NCBI RefSeq assembly: GCF_964194025.1
Contig: NC_134469.1
Coordinates: 82,274,001-82,338,000 of the forward strand
DNA length: 64,000 nt
Origin: Convolutriloba macropyga
Taxonomy: Eukaryota
Direction: 5' to 3'
Numbering within the stretch: the first letter of the stretch is position 1; the number at the start of each line of letters is the position of its first letter. Shown here one piece after another: positions 10,466 to 25,730 of this stretch. The position numbers and the translations under genes were made by a program. The notes under the pieces were generated by a model that was not told the DNA's origin, searched no databases, and was given only the letters and a program-made list of their open reading frames with translations.

Positions 10466-12205
10466 ACTCTTGTGAAAAAATGTACCCTTGTGCTTATGGA
10501 AGTTTAAGGCCCAATCGGGGAAACTTAATTTGCTAATGACAAAAATAGCAGAAAATCTAAACCCGATGTCAAATTCTATTTTGCACACTGTTTTTCGTTT
10601 GAAACTTCAAATTGCCTTAGGACCGATGTCAAGTCCCATAAAACAGATTTATTTATTGATGTATTCGTACACTGTTTTTTGCAATGACAAAATAAAGTAA
10701 TTTTTTGTTAAAAGATGGCACGTGCGCTTGGGCATGCTAATAATATGAATCAACTAGGCTTGGGGGGTAGGGAGGGGGACTGTGATTACAAATGCAAGTA
10801 GGAACTGTGATTATAGAAAAGATAAATAATGATAATATGATCTGAAATGGCCTTTTACCAAAAAAACTAAAACGAACAAAGAGTCTGTTGATAGACTTGC
10901 AAGTATATGATCAATCTTAGCAAAACCACTGATAAATATAAATGGAAAATCGAATGAACAGCACCAGCTGACTCCTTTCTGATTTCTTCTAACAAAAAAT
11001 CAGTTAAGGCGTATCATTACAAATTTCCTTATTAGACTTCAAAACAAAAGTATAAATCTTACACTTTGGAAACTTGGCTGACTGACAAAGAAAGCATTTA
11101 TAATTGAGAAACTGAGGATCAAAAGAGTGCAAAATCTTTCTTTTTGCTACGCGAACAATACCAAGGAAGAAATATACTAAACTTGCATACAAAATCAACC
11201 GCAATGATAGGGATAGCAGTTTCCGACAATCTATCTAAAATTCAGACAATAAATATTTACACATCACAGGCAGCACGTAGAAAGTATTTTGTGCACTTCA
11301 AAATGGGTGTTTTGAAAACAAGCAACATTTCAGCTGCTATATCTTTTTCTTGTCTGTTGTATCGGGACATGAACAACAGTTACACACCAACACATTACGT
11401 AATTTTAACAAAGACATGCAATGAAATTCTCCGTAAAAAATCAAAAATATGCATTATTACCATAAAATATTAATAGTTTATAAAATAAGCTATGCAACCA
11501 GTTAAAAATATGTTAAAAACGCGTAATTTAGGTTACTTAAAAAAATTAAGACTCCGTATTCGGCAGATTTTTCCTAAATGAAGTTTCAGTATATGTCGAC
11601 ATATGTTGACATATTTTAGAATGCCGACATATGTTGATATATTTTTGGTTTTAGTTTACATAAGAGTAGTAGGTAACATGTGATATTTCAGCAACTTATA
11701 AATTCAAAAATTTTGTTATAAAAATATAGATATCATAAACATAAAGAGCAGGAAAATAGCCGCGATAGACGCTTGTGGCCTCCCATGGAATTGAAATAAC
11801 TAAAGAAATAAGATAGACAGATTGAGCACCAGTCCTTTCACAGACCACTAGACTTTTTGGGTAAGATTTAGACTGTCATTTTTATGGTCACAAACGCTCT
11901 ATAAACAAAAACCTAATAGAGCTTTTTCAAAAACGAAATTCGAAATCAAAAACTCAAGACATTAATACTCAAGAATTTGGGCACATACGTTTGGCACTAC
12001 TTAGATGCACACAGTTGAGCAGTTTTTACATATGTCGTTCCAAGAGATTGAAACATCATAACCTGACAAATAAGGAAATTTTCTGTCTTTACAAATTTAC
12101 CAATTTCAAACGATATCAATTTATAACATTCAGGCATTTTTATAACTGATTAACAGTTATATAGGCTATCCACATTTGAAAAAAGAAATCGTGTTTTAAA
12201 CAACA
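10466..12205 (+). repeat. Block A' (duplicate of block A lacking the CRE insertion)
   Basis: Aligns with 1781-3021 and ~6040-6513; contains the empty site GCAACTTATA|AATTCAAAAATTTTG... Confidence 0.9.
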
Positions 12206-15200
12206 TGAAGTCTATTGAAAATAGCGTCCACCTAAAAAACCGATTATCGAGAATTGAGAAGAACAAGCCTTCTAACTGACAAGATCAAAGTAAATAACAA
12301 AGAAAACACAAAAAAGAAAAAATGTTACAATTGATTGTATTAACAGCAAAACAATAACAATATAAAAACTGATGAATCGGCTATTTTCCAAATTCTTTAA
12401 AATTTAAAACCAATATTTTATAGAAGACAGGAATGAAAACAGGAGTAATAACAATTATCAACTAATTATCTTATTCAGCGCGTTATCCACAATATTTGGT
12501 GCAAAAAAACTTTGTCTAAAAAATGCTTTCAAGACCTCAATTTGGATATCAAAAAACCAATCATGCATTGACGCATTTACAGAATTTAGATTTTGAGCTC
12601 AAATTTTAAAAAGTGCTGTTCACGTCGACGGTTCAGCTCCCAGGTCGAGGTGTCACCGCTAAAAATCTCTAAAAGATGTAAGATTTGCGGTGAATTTGAG
12701 TTAAAAGTGTAAGATTTGCGCTCATTAAAATGAAACCGGTGAAAAAAAACTTTTAAGCGGTAAAAGAAATTTTTTCACCGCTACCAGCAGAATGCGGTGA
12801 ACAAAAATTTTAAACCGCTAAAATCGCAAACCTTACAAATATTCATCGGTAATTTCAACGCTTATTTTAATTTCACTGGAAATATTATTGAAGTAAGTGA
12901 CAAAGGGCGCAGCGGAATAAGAAGTTGGAGACCTGCAGGAGGTGAGTGGTTGGAAGCCGTGTATAGCAGTCTCTTTTCTGTAAGAAATCCGGTGAAAAAA
13001 ATTCAGAATAGATTCAGTTTATGATTTATTTTAATACAGCATTCTGTTGGTGGCGCTGAAAAATTTATTTTTGCCGCAATCTGTTGGTAGTGGTTAAAAT
13101 TTCACCGCTAAGTCCGCAAATCTAACAAACAATCACCGCTAAATTCAATGCAATTCATACAAAAATTCACCGCTTTCACCGCATTCAACGCTAAAAGATG
13201 CGGGCACTTTGCAGTAAAAAGTTTTTTCCACCGCTTATCTTGCATTATTTTTTGACAAAACCTGGACCCGGGTGTGAAATTCACAAAACGAATTAAAGTT
13301 TAAAGGCAGCGACAAAATTCTTCCGAAACGTCCAAAATTCGTTTCTGCAGAAAATTTCTTGAACTGGTTAAGATACGAGAGACACTGATTTTTATTTGTT
13401 GAGCAAAATCAGAGGCAAACCAGCGTAAAAACAACTAAGCTGACGTGTCCAGCAGGCATCTGTGATAGGACAGCTTTAATTGCTAAAAAACGTATTTCTT
13501 TTATGCTAAATCAGTGATTAATTAGGCAACATTCCGTATCTGTAAACACTAATACAAATTAATCAACACAGCTGGAGCAGGGGCAGACTGTCAGAAAAAA
13601 GCGCCATAGCCTTGTAAATCTGCGGTGGCGAAATGAAAAAAAGAAAAACAGTCAAAATGGAAAAATTGTTATTCTTATTAACTGTGAACCTGTGCAACAT
13701 ACTTCTGCTTCTATTAGATGCTCTCAAATATTCAGATAGATTGACGCACGCTCATCTGAACATTTTTTTTTTGGAGAAGAGTAAAGAAAAGTAATTCTGA
13801 GAGTGAGGGAATCCATTCATTTTTGAGAGAGTTGAGTCGCTCGGAACTAAAAACTGAAGCATAACCAACTAAAGTCGGGCGAATTGCTCTCAAACGACCG
13901 GTGATCGGTTGGCTTTGTCAGTAGCTAGCCACGGTTTATTGAGGATAGCTTTGGTTTAATTAAGTAGCGTGAGGTGAGGGTAATAGATGGTGACATCACA
14001 CCACATAACAGCTGAAGTTAAGCATCAATAAGAGATATGGAAAAATAGAGAGAGAGAGAGATTGAGTGTGCGAGAGATAAAACATGAACGAGAAAGAGAA
14101 GGAAATAAACCCGAAACAACATAGAGAGAGGGAGTGCTAAGAATATTTTCCATGCTGAAATAGGACTCTGCAACTGAAGTCTATTGAAAATGGCTTCCAC
14201 CTAAAAAACCGATTATCGAGATTTGACAAGAACAAGCCTTCTAACTGACATGATCAAAGTAAAAAACAAAGAAAACACAAAAAAGAAATAATGTTGCAAA
14301 TGATTGTATTAACAGCAAAACAATAACAATATAAAAGCTGATGAATCGGCTATTTTTCAAATTCTTTAAAATTTAAAAGCAATATTCTATAGAAGACAGG
14401 AATGAAAACAGGAGTAATAACAATTATCAAATAATTATCTTATTCAGCGCGTTATCCACAATATTTGGTGCAAAAAAACGTTGTCTAAAAAATGCTTTCA
14501 AGACCTCAATTTGTATATCAAAAAACAATCATGCATTGACGCACTTACAGAATTTAGATTCTATGAGCTCAAATTTTAAAAAGTGCTGTTCACGTCGACG
14601 GTTCAGCTCCCAGGTCGAGGTGTCACCGCTAAAAATCTCTAAAAGATGTAAGATTTGCGGTGAATTTGAGTTAAAAGTGTAAGATTTGCGCTCATTAAAA
14701 TGAAACCGGTGAAAAAAAACTTTTAAGCGGTAAAAGAAATTTTTTCACCGCTACCAGCAGAATGCGGTGAACAAAAATTTTAAACCGCTAAAATCGCAAA
14801 CCTTACAAATATTCATCGGTAATTTCAACGCTTATTTTAATTTCACTGGAAATATTATTGAAGTAAGTGACAAAGGGCGCAGCGGAATAAGAAGTTGGAG
14901 ACCTGCAGGAGGTGAGTGGTTCGAAGCCGTGTATAGCAGTCTCTTTTCTGTAAGAAATCCGGTGAAAAAAATTCAGAATAGATTCAGTTTATGATTTATT
15001 TTAATACAGCATTCTGTTGGTAGCGCTGAAAAATTTATTTTTGCCGCAATCTGTTGGTAGTGGTTAAAATTTCACCGCTAAGTCCGCAAATCTTACAAAC
15101 AATCACCGCTAAATTCAATGCAATTCATACAAAAATTCACCGCTTTCACCGCATTCAACGCTAAAAGATGCGGGTACTTTGCAGTAAAAAGTTTTTTCCA

Positions 15201-17982
15201 CCGCTTATCTTGCATTATTTTTTGACAAAACCTGGACCCGGGTGTGAAATTCACAAAACGAATTAAAGTTTAAAGGCAGCGACAAAATTCTTCCGAAACG
15301 TCCAAAATCCGTTTCTGCAGAAAATTTCTTGAACTGGTTAAGATACGAGGGACACTGATTTTTATTTGTTGAGCAAAATCAGAGGCAAACCAGCGTAAAA
15401 ACAACTAAGCTGACGTGTCCAGCAGGCATCTGTGATAGGACAGCTTTAATTGCTAAAAAACGTATTTCTTTTATGCTAAATCAGTGATTAATTAGGCAAC
15501 ATTCCGTATCTGTAAACACTAATACAAATTAATCAACACAGCTGGAGCAGGGGCAGACTGTCAGAAAAAAGCGCCATAGTCTTGTAAATCTGCGGTGGCG
15601 AAATGAAAAAAAAGAAAAACAGTCAAAATGGAAAAATTGTTATTCTTATTAACTGTGAACCTGTGCAACATACTTCTGCTTCTATTAGATGATCTCAAAT
15701 ATTCAGATAGATTGACGCACGCTCATCTGAACATTTTTTTTTGGAGAAGAGTAAAGAAAAGTAATTCTGAGAGTGAGGGAATCCATTCATTTTTGAGAGA
15801 GTTAAGTCGCTCGGAACTAAAAATTGAAGCATAATCGACTAAAGTCGGGCGAATTGCTCTCAAACGACCGGTGACCGGTTGGCTTTGTCAGTAGCTAGCC
15901 ACGGTTTATTGAGGATAGCTTTGGTTTAATAAAGTAGCGTGAGGTGAGGGTAATAGATGGTGACATCACACCACATAACAGCTGAAATTAAGCATCAACA
16001 AGAGATATGGAAAAAGAGAGAGAGAGAGATTGAGTGTGCGAGAGATAAAACATGAACGAGAAAGAGAAGGAAATAAACCCGAAACAACATAGAGAGAGGG
16101 AGTGCTAAGAATATTTTCCATGCTGAAATAGGACTCTGCAACTGAAGTCTATTGAAAATGGCTTCCACCTAAAAAACCGATTATCGAGAATTGACAAGAA
16201 CAAGCCTTCTAACTGACATGATCGAAGTAAAAAACAAAGAAAACACAAAAAAGAAATAATGTTGCAAATGATTGTATTAACAGCAAAACAATAACAATAT
16301 AAAAGCTGATGAATCGGCTATTTTTCAAATTCTTTAAAATTTAAAACCAATATTCTATAGAAGACAGGAATGAAAACAGGAGTAATAACAATTATCAAAT
16401 AATTATCTTATTCAGCGCGTTATCCACAATATTTGGTGCAAAAAAAACGTTGTCTAAAAAATGCTTTCAAGACCTCAATTTGTATATCAAAAAACAATCA
16501 TGCATTGACGCACTTACAGAATTTAGATGCTATGAGCTCAAATTTTAAAAAGTGCTGTTCACGTCAACGGTTCAGCTCCCAGGTCGAGGTGTCACCGCTA
16601 AAAATCTCTAAAAGATGTAAGATTTGCGGTGAATTTGAGTTAAAAGTGTAAGATTTGCGCTCATTAAAATGAATGCGGTGAAAAAAAACTTTTAAGCGAT
16701 AAAAGAAATTTTTTCACCGCTACCAGCAGAATGCGGTGAACAAAAATTTTTCACCGCTAAAATCGCAAACCTTACAAATATTCATCGCTAGTTTCAACGC
16801 TTATTTTAATTTCACTGGAAATATTATTGAAGTAAGTGACAAAGGGCGCAGCGGAATAAGAAGTTGGAGACCTGCAGGAGGTGAGTGGTTCAAACCCGTG
16901 TATAGCAGTCTCTTTTCTGTAAGAAATCCGGTGAAAAAAAATTCAGAACAGATTCAGTTTATGATATATTTTAATACAGCATTCTGTTGGTAGCGCTGAA
17001 AAACTTATTTTTGCCGCATTCTGTTGGTAGTGGTTAAAATTTCACCACTAAATCCGCAAATCTTACAAACAATCACCGCTAAATTCAACGCAATTCATAC
17101 AAAAATTCACCGCTTTCACAGCATTCAACGCTAAAAGATGCGGGTACTTTGCAGTAAAAAGTTTTTTCCACCGCTTATGTTGCATTATTTTTTGACAAAA
17201 CCTGGACCCGGGTGTGAAATTCACAAAACGAATTAAAGTTTACAGGCAGCGGCAAATTTCTTCCGAAACTTCCAAAATCCGTTTCTGCAGAAAATTTCTT
17301 GAACTGGTTAAGATACGAGAGACACTGATTTTAATTTTATTTGTTGAGCAAAATCAGAGGCAAACCAGCGTAAAAACAACTAAGCTGACGTGTCCAGCAG
17401 GCATCTGTGATAGGACAGCTTTAATTGCTAAAAAACTTATTTCTTTTATGCTAAATCAGTGATTAATTAGGCAACATTCCGTATCTGTAAACACTAATAC
17501 AAGTTAATCAACACAGCTGGAGCAGGGGCAAACTGTCAGAAAAAAGCGCCGTAGTCTTGTAAATCTGCGGTGGCGAAATGAAAAAAAGAAAAACAGTCAA
17601 AATGGAAAAATTGTTATTCTTATTAACTGTGAACCAGTGCAACATACTTCTGCTTCTATTAGATGCTCTCAAACATTCAGATAGATTGACGCACGCTCAT
17701 CTGAACTTGTTTTTTTGGAGAAGAGTAAAGAAAAGTAATTCTGAGAGTGAGGGAATCCATTCATTTTTGAGAGAGTTAAGTCGCTCGGAAACAAAAACTG
17801 AAGCATAACCGACAAAAGTCGGGCGAATTGCTCTCAAACGACCGGTGAGCGGTTGGCTTTGTCAGTAGCTAGCCACGGTTTATTGAGGATAGCTTTGGTT
17901 TAATTAAGGAGCGTGAGGTAAGGGTAATAGATGGTGACATCACACCACATAACATTTGAAGTTAAGCTTCAACAAGAGATAT

Positions 17983-18024
<42 letters not shown>

Positions 18025-19771
18025 AGTGTGCGAGAGATAAAACGTGAATGTTGCAAATGATTGTATTAACAGCAAAACAATAACAATATAAAAGCTGATG
18101 AATCGGCTATTTTTCAAATTCTTTAAAATTTAAAACCAATATTCTATAGAAGACAGGAATGAAAACAGGAGTAATAACAATTATCAAATAATTATCTTAT
18201 TCAGCGCGTTATCCACAATATTTGGTGCAAAAAAAACGTTGTCTAAAAAATGCTTTCAAGACCTCAATTTGTATATCAAAAAACAATCATGCATTGACGC
18301 ACTTACAGAATTTAGATGCTATGAGCTCAAATTTTAAAAAGTGCTGTTCACGTCAACGGTTCAGCTCCCAGGTCGAGGTGTCACCGCTAAAAATCTCTAA
18401 AAGATGTAAGATTTGCGGTGAATTTGAGTTAAAAGTGTAAGATTTGCGCTCATTAAAATGAATGCGGTGAAAAAAAACTTTTAAGCGATAAAAGAAATTT
18501 TTTCACCGCTACCAGCAGAATGCGGTGAACAAAAATTTTTCACCGCTAAAATCGCAAACCTTACAAATATTCATCGCTAGTTTCAACGCTTATTTTACTT
18601 TCACTGGAAATATTATTGAAGTAAGTGACAAAGGGCGCAGCGGAATAAGAAGTTGGAGACCTGCAGGAGGTGAGTGGTTCAAACCCGTGTATAGCAGTCT
18701 CTTTTCTGTAAGAAATCCGGTGAAAAAAAATTCAGAACAGATTCAGTTTATGATATATTTTAATACAGCATTCTGTTGGTAGCGCTGAAAAACTTATTTT
18801 TGCCGCATTCTGTTGGTAGTGGTTAAAATTTCACCACTAAATCCGCAAATCTTACAAACAATCACCGCTAAATTCAACGCAATTCATACAAAAATTCACC
18901 GCTTTCACAGCATTCAACGCTAAAAGATGCGGGTACTTTGCAGTAAAAAGTTTTTTCAACCGCTTATGTTGCATTATTTTTTGACAAAACCTGGACCCGG
19001 GTGTGAAATTCACAAAACGAATTAAAGTTTACAGGCAGCGGCAAATTTCTTCCGAAACTTCCAAAATCCGTTTCTGCAGAAAATTTCTTGAACTGGTTAA
19101 GATACGAGAGACACTGATTTTAATTTTATTTGTTGAGCAAAATCAGAGGCAAACCAGCGTAAAAACAACTAAGCTGACGTGTCCAGCAGGCATCTGTGAT
19201 AGGACAGCTTTAATTGCTAAAAAACGTATTTCTTTTATGCTAAATCAGTGATTAATTAGGCAACATTCCGTATCTGTAAACACTAATACAAGTTAATCAA
19301 CACAGCTGGAGCAGGGGCAAACTGTCAGAAAAAAGCGCCGTAGTCTTGTAAATCTGCGGTGGCGAAATGAAAAAAAGAAAAACAGTCAAAATGGAAAAAT
19401 TGTTATTCTTATTAACTGTGAACCAGTGCAACATACTTCTGCTTCTATTAGATGCTCTCAAACATTCAGATAGATTGACGCACGCTCATCTGAACTTGTT
19501 TTTTTGGAGAAGAGTAAAGAAAAGTAATTCTGAGAGTGAGGGAATCCATTCATTTTTGAGAGAGTTAAGTCGCTCGGAAACAAAAACTGAAGCATAACCG
19601 ACAAAAGTCGGGCGAATTGCTCTCAAACGACCGGTGAGCGGTTGGCTTTGTCAGTAGCTAGCCACGGTTTATTGAGGATAGCTTTGGTTTAATTAAGGAG
19701 CGTGAGGTGAGGGTAATAGATGGTGACATCACACCACATAACATTTGAAGTTAAGCTTCAACAAGAGATAT

Positions 19772-19815
<44 letters not shown>

Positions 19816-22800
19816 AGTGTGCGAGAGATAAAACGTGAACGAGAAAGAGAAGGAAATAAACCCGAAACAACATAGAGAGAGAGAGAGTGCGAAGAATATT
19901 TTCCATGCTGAAATAGGACTCTGCAACTGAAATCTATTGAAAATGGCTTCCACCTAAAAAACCGATTATCGAGAATTGACAAGAACAAGCCTTCTAACTG
20001 ACATGATCAAAGTAAAAAACAAAGAAAACACAAAAAAGAAATAATGTTGCAAATGATTGTAATAACAGCAAAACAATAACAATATAAAAGCTGATGAATC
20101 GGCTATTTTTCAAATTCTTTAAAATTTAAAACCAATATTTTATAGAAGACAGGAATGAAAACAGGAGTAATAACAATTATCAAATAATTATCTTATTCAG
20201 CGCGTTATCCACAATATTTGGTGCAAAAACACTTTGTCGAAAAAATGCTTTCAAGACCTCAATTTTGATATTAAAAAAACAATCTTGCATTGACGCACTT
20301 ACAGAATTTAGATTTAATGAGCTCAAATTTTAAAAAGTGCTGTTCACGTCAACGGTTCAGCTCCCAGGTCGAGGTGTCACCGCTAAAAATCGCTAAAAGA
20401 TGTAAGATTCGCGGTGAATTTGAGTTAAAAGTGTAAGATTTGCGCTCATTAAATTGAATGCGGTGAAAAAAAAATTTAAGCGGTAAAAGAAATTTTTTCA
20501 CCGCTACCAGCAGAATGCGGTGAACAACATTTTGCACCGCTAAAATCGCAAACCTTACAAATATTCATCGCTAATTTCAACGCTTATTTTTAATTCACTG
20601 GAAATATTATTGAAGTAAGTGACAAATGGCGCAGCGGAATAAGAAGTTGGAGACCAGCAGGAGGTGAGTGGTTCGAACCCGTGTATAGCAGTCTCTTTTC
20701 TGTAAGAAATCCGGTGAAAAAAAAGTTCAGAATAGATTCAGTTTATGATTTATTTTAATACAGCATTCTGTTGGTAGCGCTGAAAAATTTATTTTTGCCG
20801 CATTCTGTTCTTAGTGGTTAAAATTTCACCGCTAAGTCCGCAAATTGTACAAACAATCACCGCTAAATTCAACGCAATTCTCACAAAAATTCACCGCTTT
20901 CACCGCATTCAACGCTAAAAGATGCGGGCACTTTGCAGTAAAAAGTGTTTTTTTCACCGCTAATCTTGCATTTTTTTTTTGACAAAACTTGGACCCGGGT
21001 GTGAAATTCACAAAGCGAATTAAAGTTTACAAGCAGCGACAAATTTCTTCCAAAACTTCCAAAAACCGTTTCTGCAGAAAATTTCTTGAATTGGTTAAGA
21101 TACGAGAGACACTGATTTTTATACGTTGAGCAAAATCAGAGGCATACCAGCGTAAAAACAACTAAGCTGACGTGTCCAACAGGCATCTGTGATAGGAGAG
21201 CTTTTATTGCTAAAAAACGAAATTATGTTATGCTAAATTAGTGATTAATTAGGCAACATTCCGTATCTGTAAACACTAATACAAATTAATCAACACAGCT
21301 GGAGCAGGGGCAGACTGTCAGAAAAAAGCGCCATAGCCTTGTAAATCTGCGGTGGCGAAATGAAAAAAAGAAAAACAGTCAAAATGGAAAAATTGTTATT
21401 CTTATTAACTGTGAACCTGTGCAACATACTTCTGCTTCTATTAGATGCTCTCAAATATTCAGATAGATTGACGCACGCTCATCTGAACATTTTTTTTTGG
21501 AGAAGAGTAAAGAAAAGTAATTCTGAGAGTGAGGGAATCCATTCATTTTTGAGAGAGTTAAGTCGCTCGGAACTAAAAACTGAAGCATAACCGACTAAAG
21601 TTGGGCGAATTGCTCTCAAACGACCGGTGATCGGTTGGCTTTGTCAGTAGCTAGCCACGGTTTATTGAGGATAGCTTTGGTTTAATTAAGTAGCGTGAGG
21701 TGAGGGTAATAGATGGTGACATCACACCACATAACAGCTGAAGTTAAGCATCAACAAGAGATATGGAAAAAGAGAGAGAGAGAGAGAGAGAGAGATTGAG
21801 TGTGCGAGAGATAAAACGTGAACGAGAAAGAGAAGGAATTAAACCCGAAACAATATAGAGAGAGAGAGCTAAGAATATTTTCCATGCTGAAATAGGACTC
21901 TGCAACTGAAGTCTATTGAAAATGGCTTCCACCTAAATGACCGATTATCGAGAATTGACAAGAACAAGCCTTCTAACTGACATGATCAAAGTAAAAAACA
22001 AAGAAAACACGAAAAAGAAATAATGTTACAAATGATTGTATTAACAGCAAAACAATAACAATATAAAAGCTGATGAATCGGCTATTTTTCAATTTCTTTA
22101 AAATTTAAAACCAATATTTTATAGAAGACAGGAATGAAAACAGGAGTAATAACAATTATCAAAGAATTATCTTATTCAGCGCGTTATCCACAATATTTGG
22201 TGCAAAAACACTTTGTCGAAAAAATGCTTTCAAGACCTCAATTTTGATATTAAAAAACAGTCTTGCATTGACGCACTTACAGAATTTAGATTTAATGAGC
22301 TCAAATTATAAAAAGTGCTGTTCACGTCAACGGTTCAGCTCCCAGGTCGAGGTTTCACCGCTAAAAATCGCTAAAAGATGTAAAATTTGCGATGAATTTG
22401 AGTTAAAAGTGTAAGATTTGCGCTCATTAAAATGAATGCGGTGAAAAAAAATTTTAAGCGGTAAAAGAAATTTTTTCACCGCTACCAGCTGAATGCGGTG
22501 CACAAAATTTTTCACCGCTAAAATCGCAAACCTTACAAATATTCATCGCTAATTTCAACGCTTATTTTAATTTCACTGGAAATATTATTGAAGTAAGTGA
22601 CAAATGGCGCAGCGGAATAAGAAGTTGGAGACCTGCAGGAGGTGAGTGGTTCGAACCCGTGTATAGCAGTCTCTTTTCTGTAAGAAATCCGGTGAAAAAA
22701 AGTTCAGAATAGATTCAGTTTATGATTTATTTTAATACAGCATTCTGTTGGTAGCGCTGAAAAATTTATTTTTGCCGCATTCTGTTCTTAGTGGTTAAAA

Positions 22801-25694
22801 TTTCACCGCTAAGTCCGCAAATTGTACAAACAATCACCGCTAAATTCAACGCAATTCTCACAAAAATTCACCGCTTTCACCGCATTCAACGCTAAAAGAT
22901 GCGGGCACTTTGCAGTAAAAAGTGTTTTTTTCACCGCTAATCTTGCATTTTTTTTTGACAAAACTTGGACCCGGGTGTGAAATTCACAAAGCGAATTAAA
23001 GTTTACAAGCAGCGACAAATTTCTTCCAAAACTTCCAAAAACCGTTTCTGCAGAAAATTTCTTGAATTGGTTAAGATACGAGAGACACTGATTTTTATAC
23101 GTTGAGCAAAATCAGAGGCATACCAGCGTAAAAACAACTAAGCTGACGTGTCCAACAGGCATCTGTGATAGGAGAGCTTTTATTGCTAAAAAACGAATTT
23201 ATGTTATGCTAAATTAGTGATTAATTAGGCAACATTCCGTATCTGTAAACACTAATACAAATTAATCAACACAGCTGGAGCAGAGGCAGACTGTCAGAAA
23301 AAAGTGCCATAGTCTTGTAAATCTGCGGTGGCAAAATGATAAAAAAAAAGAAAAACAGTCAAAATGGAAAAATTGTTATTCTTACTAACTGTGAACCAGT
23401 GCAACATACTTCTGCTTCTATTAGATGCTCTCAAACATTCAAATAGATTGACGTCCGCTCATCTGAACATTTATTTTTGAAGAAGAGTAAAGAAAATTAA
23501 TTCTGAGTGAGGGAATCCATTCATTTTTGAGAGAGTTAAGTCGCTCGGAACCAAAAACTGAAGCATAACCGACTAAAGTCGGGCGAATTGCTCTCAAACG
23601 ACCGGCGAGCGGTTGGCTTTGTCAGTAGCTAGCCACGGTTTAGTGAAGATAGCTTTGGTTTAATTAAGGAGCGTGAGGTGAGGGTAATAGATGGTGACAT
23701 CACACCACATAACATTTGAAGATAAGCATCAACAAGAGATATGGAAAAAGAGAGTGAGAGAGAGAGAGAGATTGAGTGTGGGAGAGATAAAACGTGAACG
23801 AGAAAGAGAAGGAAAGAAACCCGAAACAACATAGAGAGAGAGAGAATGCTAAGAATATTTTCCATGCTGAAATAGGGCTCTGCAACTGAAGTCTATTGAA
23901 AATGGCTTCCACCTAAAAAACCGATTATCGAGAATTGACAAGAACAAGCCTTCTAACTGATATGATCAAAATAAAAAAACAAAGAAAACACAAAACAGAA
24001 AAAATGTTACAAATGATTGTATTAACAGCAAAACAATAACAATATAAAAGCTGATGAATCGGCTATATTTCAAATTCTTTAAAATTGAAAACCAATGTTT
24101 TATAGAAGACAGGAATGAAAACAGGAGTAATTCAGCGCGTTATCCACAATATTTGGTGCAAAAAAACTTTGTCGAAAAAATGCTTTCAAGACCTCAATTT
24201 TGATATTAAAAAAACAATCTTGCATTGACGCACTTACAGAATTTAGATTTTATGAGCTCAAATTTTAAAAAGTGCTGTTCGCGTCACGGTTCAGCTCCCA
24301 GGTCGAGGTGTCACCTCTAAAAATCGCTAAAAGATGTAAGATTCGGGCTGAATTTGAGTTAAAAGTGTAAGATTTGCGCGCATTAAAATGAATGCGGTGA
24401 AAAAACTTTGAAGCGGTAAAAGAAATTTTTTCACCGCTACCAGCAGAATGCGGTGAACAAAATTTTTCACCGCTAAAATCGCAAACCTTACAAATATTCA
24501 TTGCTAATTTCAACGCTTAATTTAAATTCACTGGAAATATTATTGAAGTAAGTGACAAATGGCGCAGTGGAATAAGAAGTTGGAGACCTGCAGGAGATGA
24601 GTGGTTCGAACCCGTGTATAGCAGTCTCTTCTCTGTAAGAAATCCGGTGAAAAAAAATTCAGAATAGATTCAGTTTATAATTTATTTTAATACAGCGTTC
24701 TGTTGGTAGCGCTGAAAAATTTATTTTTGCCGCATTCTGTTGATAGTGTTTAAAATTTCGCCGCTAAGTCCGCAAATCTTACAAACAATCACCGCTAAAT
24801 TCAACGCAATTCTTACAAAAATTCACCGCTTTCACCGCATTCAACGCTAAAAGATGCGGGCACTTTGCAGTAAAAATTTTTTCAAACACCAATCTTGCAT
24901 TATTTTTTGACAAAACCTGGACCCGGGTGTGAAATTCACAAAGCGAATTAAAGTTTACAAGCAGCGACAAATTTCTTCCAAAACTTCCAAAAACCGTTTC
25001 TGCAGAAAATTTCTTGAATTGGTTAAGATACGAGAGACACTGATTTTTATACGTTGAGCAAAATCAGAGGCATACCAGCGTAAAAACAACTAAGCTGACG
25101 TGTCCAACAGGTATCTGTGATAGGAGAGCTTTTATTGCTAAAAAAACGTATTTCTATTATGCTAAATCAGTGACTAATTAGGCAACCTTCCGTATCTGTA
25201 AACACTAATACAAATTTATCAACACAGTTGGAGCAGAGGCAGACTGTCAGAAAAAATCGCCATAGTCTTGTGAATCTGCAGTGGCGAAATGAAAAAAAGA
25301 AAAACAGTCAAAATGGAAAAATTGTTATTCTTATTAACTGTGAACCAGTGCAGCATACTTCTGCTTCTATTAGATGCTCTCAAACATTCAGATAGATTGA
25401 CGCACGCTCATCTGAACATTTTTTTTTTGGAGAAGAGTAAAGAAAAGTAATTCTGAGAGTGAGGGAATCCATTCATTTTTGAGAGAGTTAAGTCGCTCGG
25501 AACCAAAAATTGAAGCATAACCGACTAAAGTCGGGCGAATTGCTCTCAAACAACCGGCGAGCGGTTGGCTTCGTCAGTAGCTAGCCACGGCTTAGTGAGG
25601 ATAGCTTTGGCCTAATTAAGGAGCGTGAGGAGAGGTTAATAGATGGTGACATCACACCACATAACAGCTGAAGTTAAGCATCAACAAGAGATAT

Positions 25695-25730
<36 letters not shown>

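Larger units (their letters stand above)
6514..10470 (+). repeat. ~1978-bp macrosatellite, units 1-2
   Basis: Units start TGAAGTCTATTGAAAATGG at 6514 and 8492 and are near-identical; both carry extra CTGTAAGAAAAAAATT sub-repeats. Confidence 0.95.
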
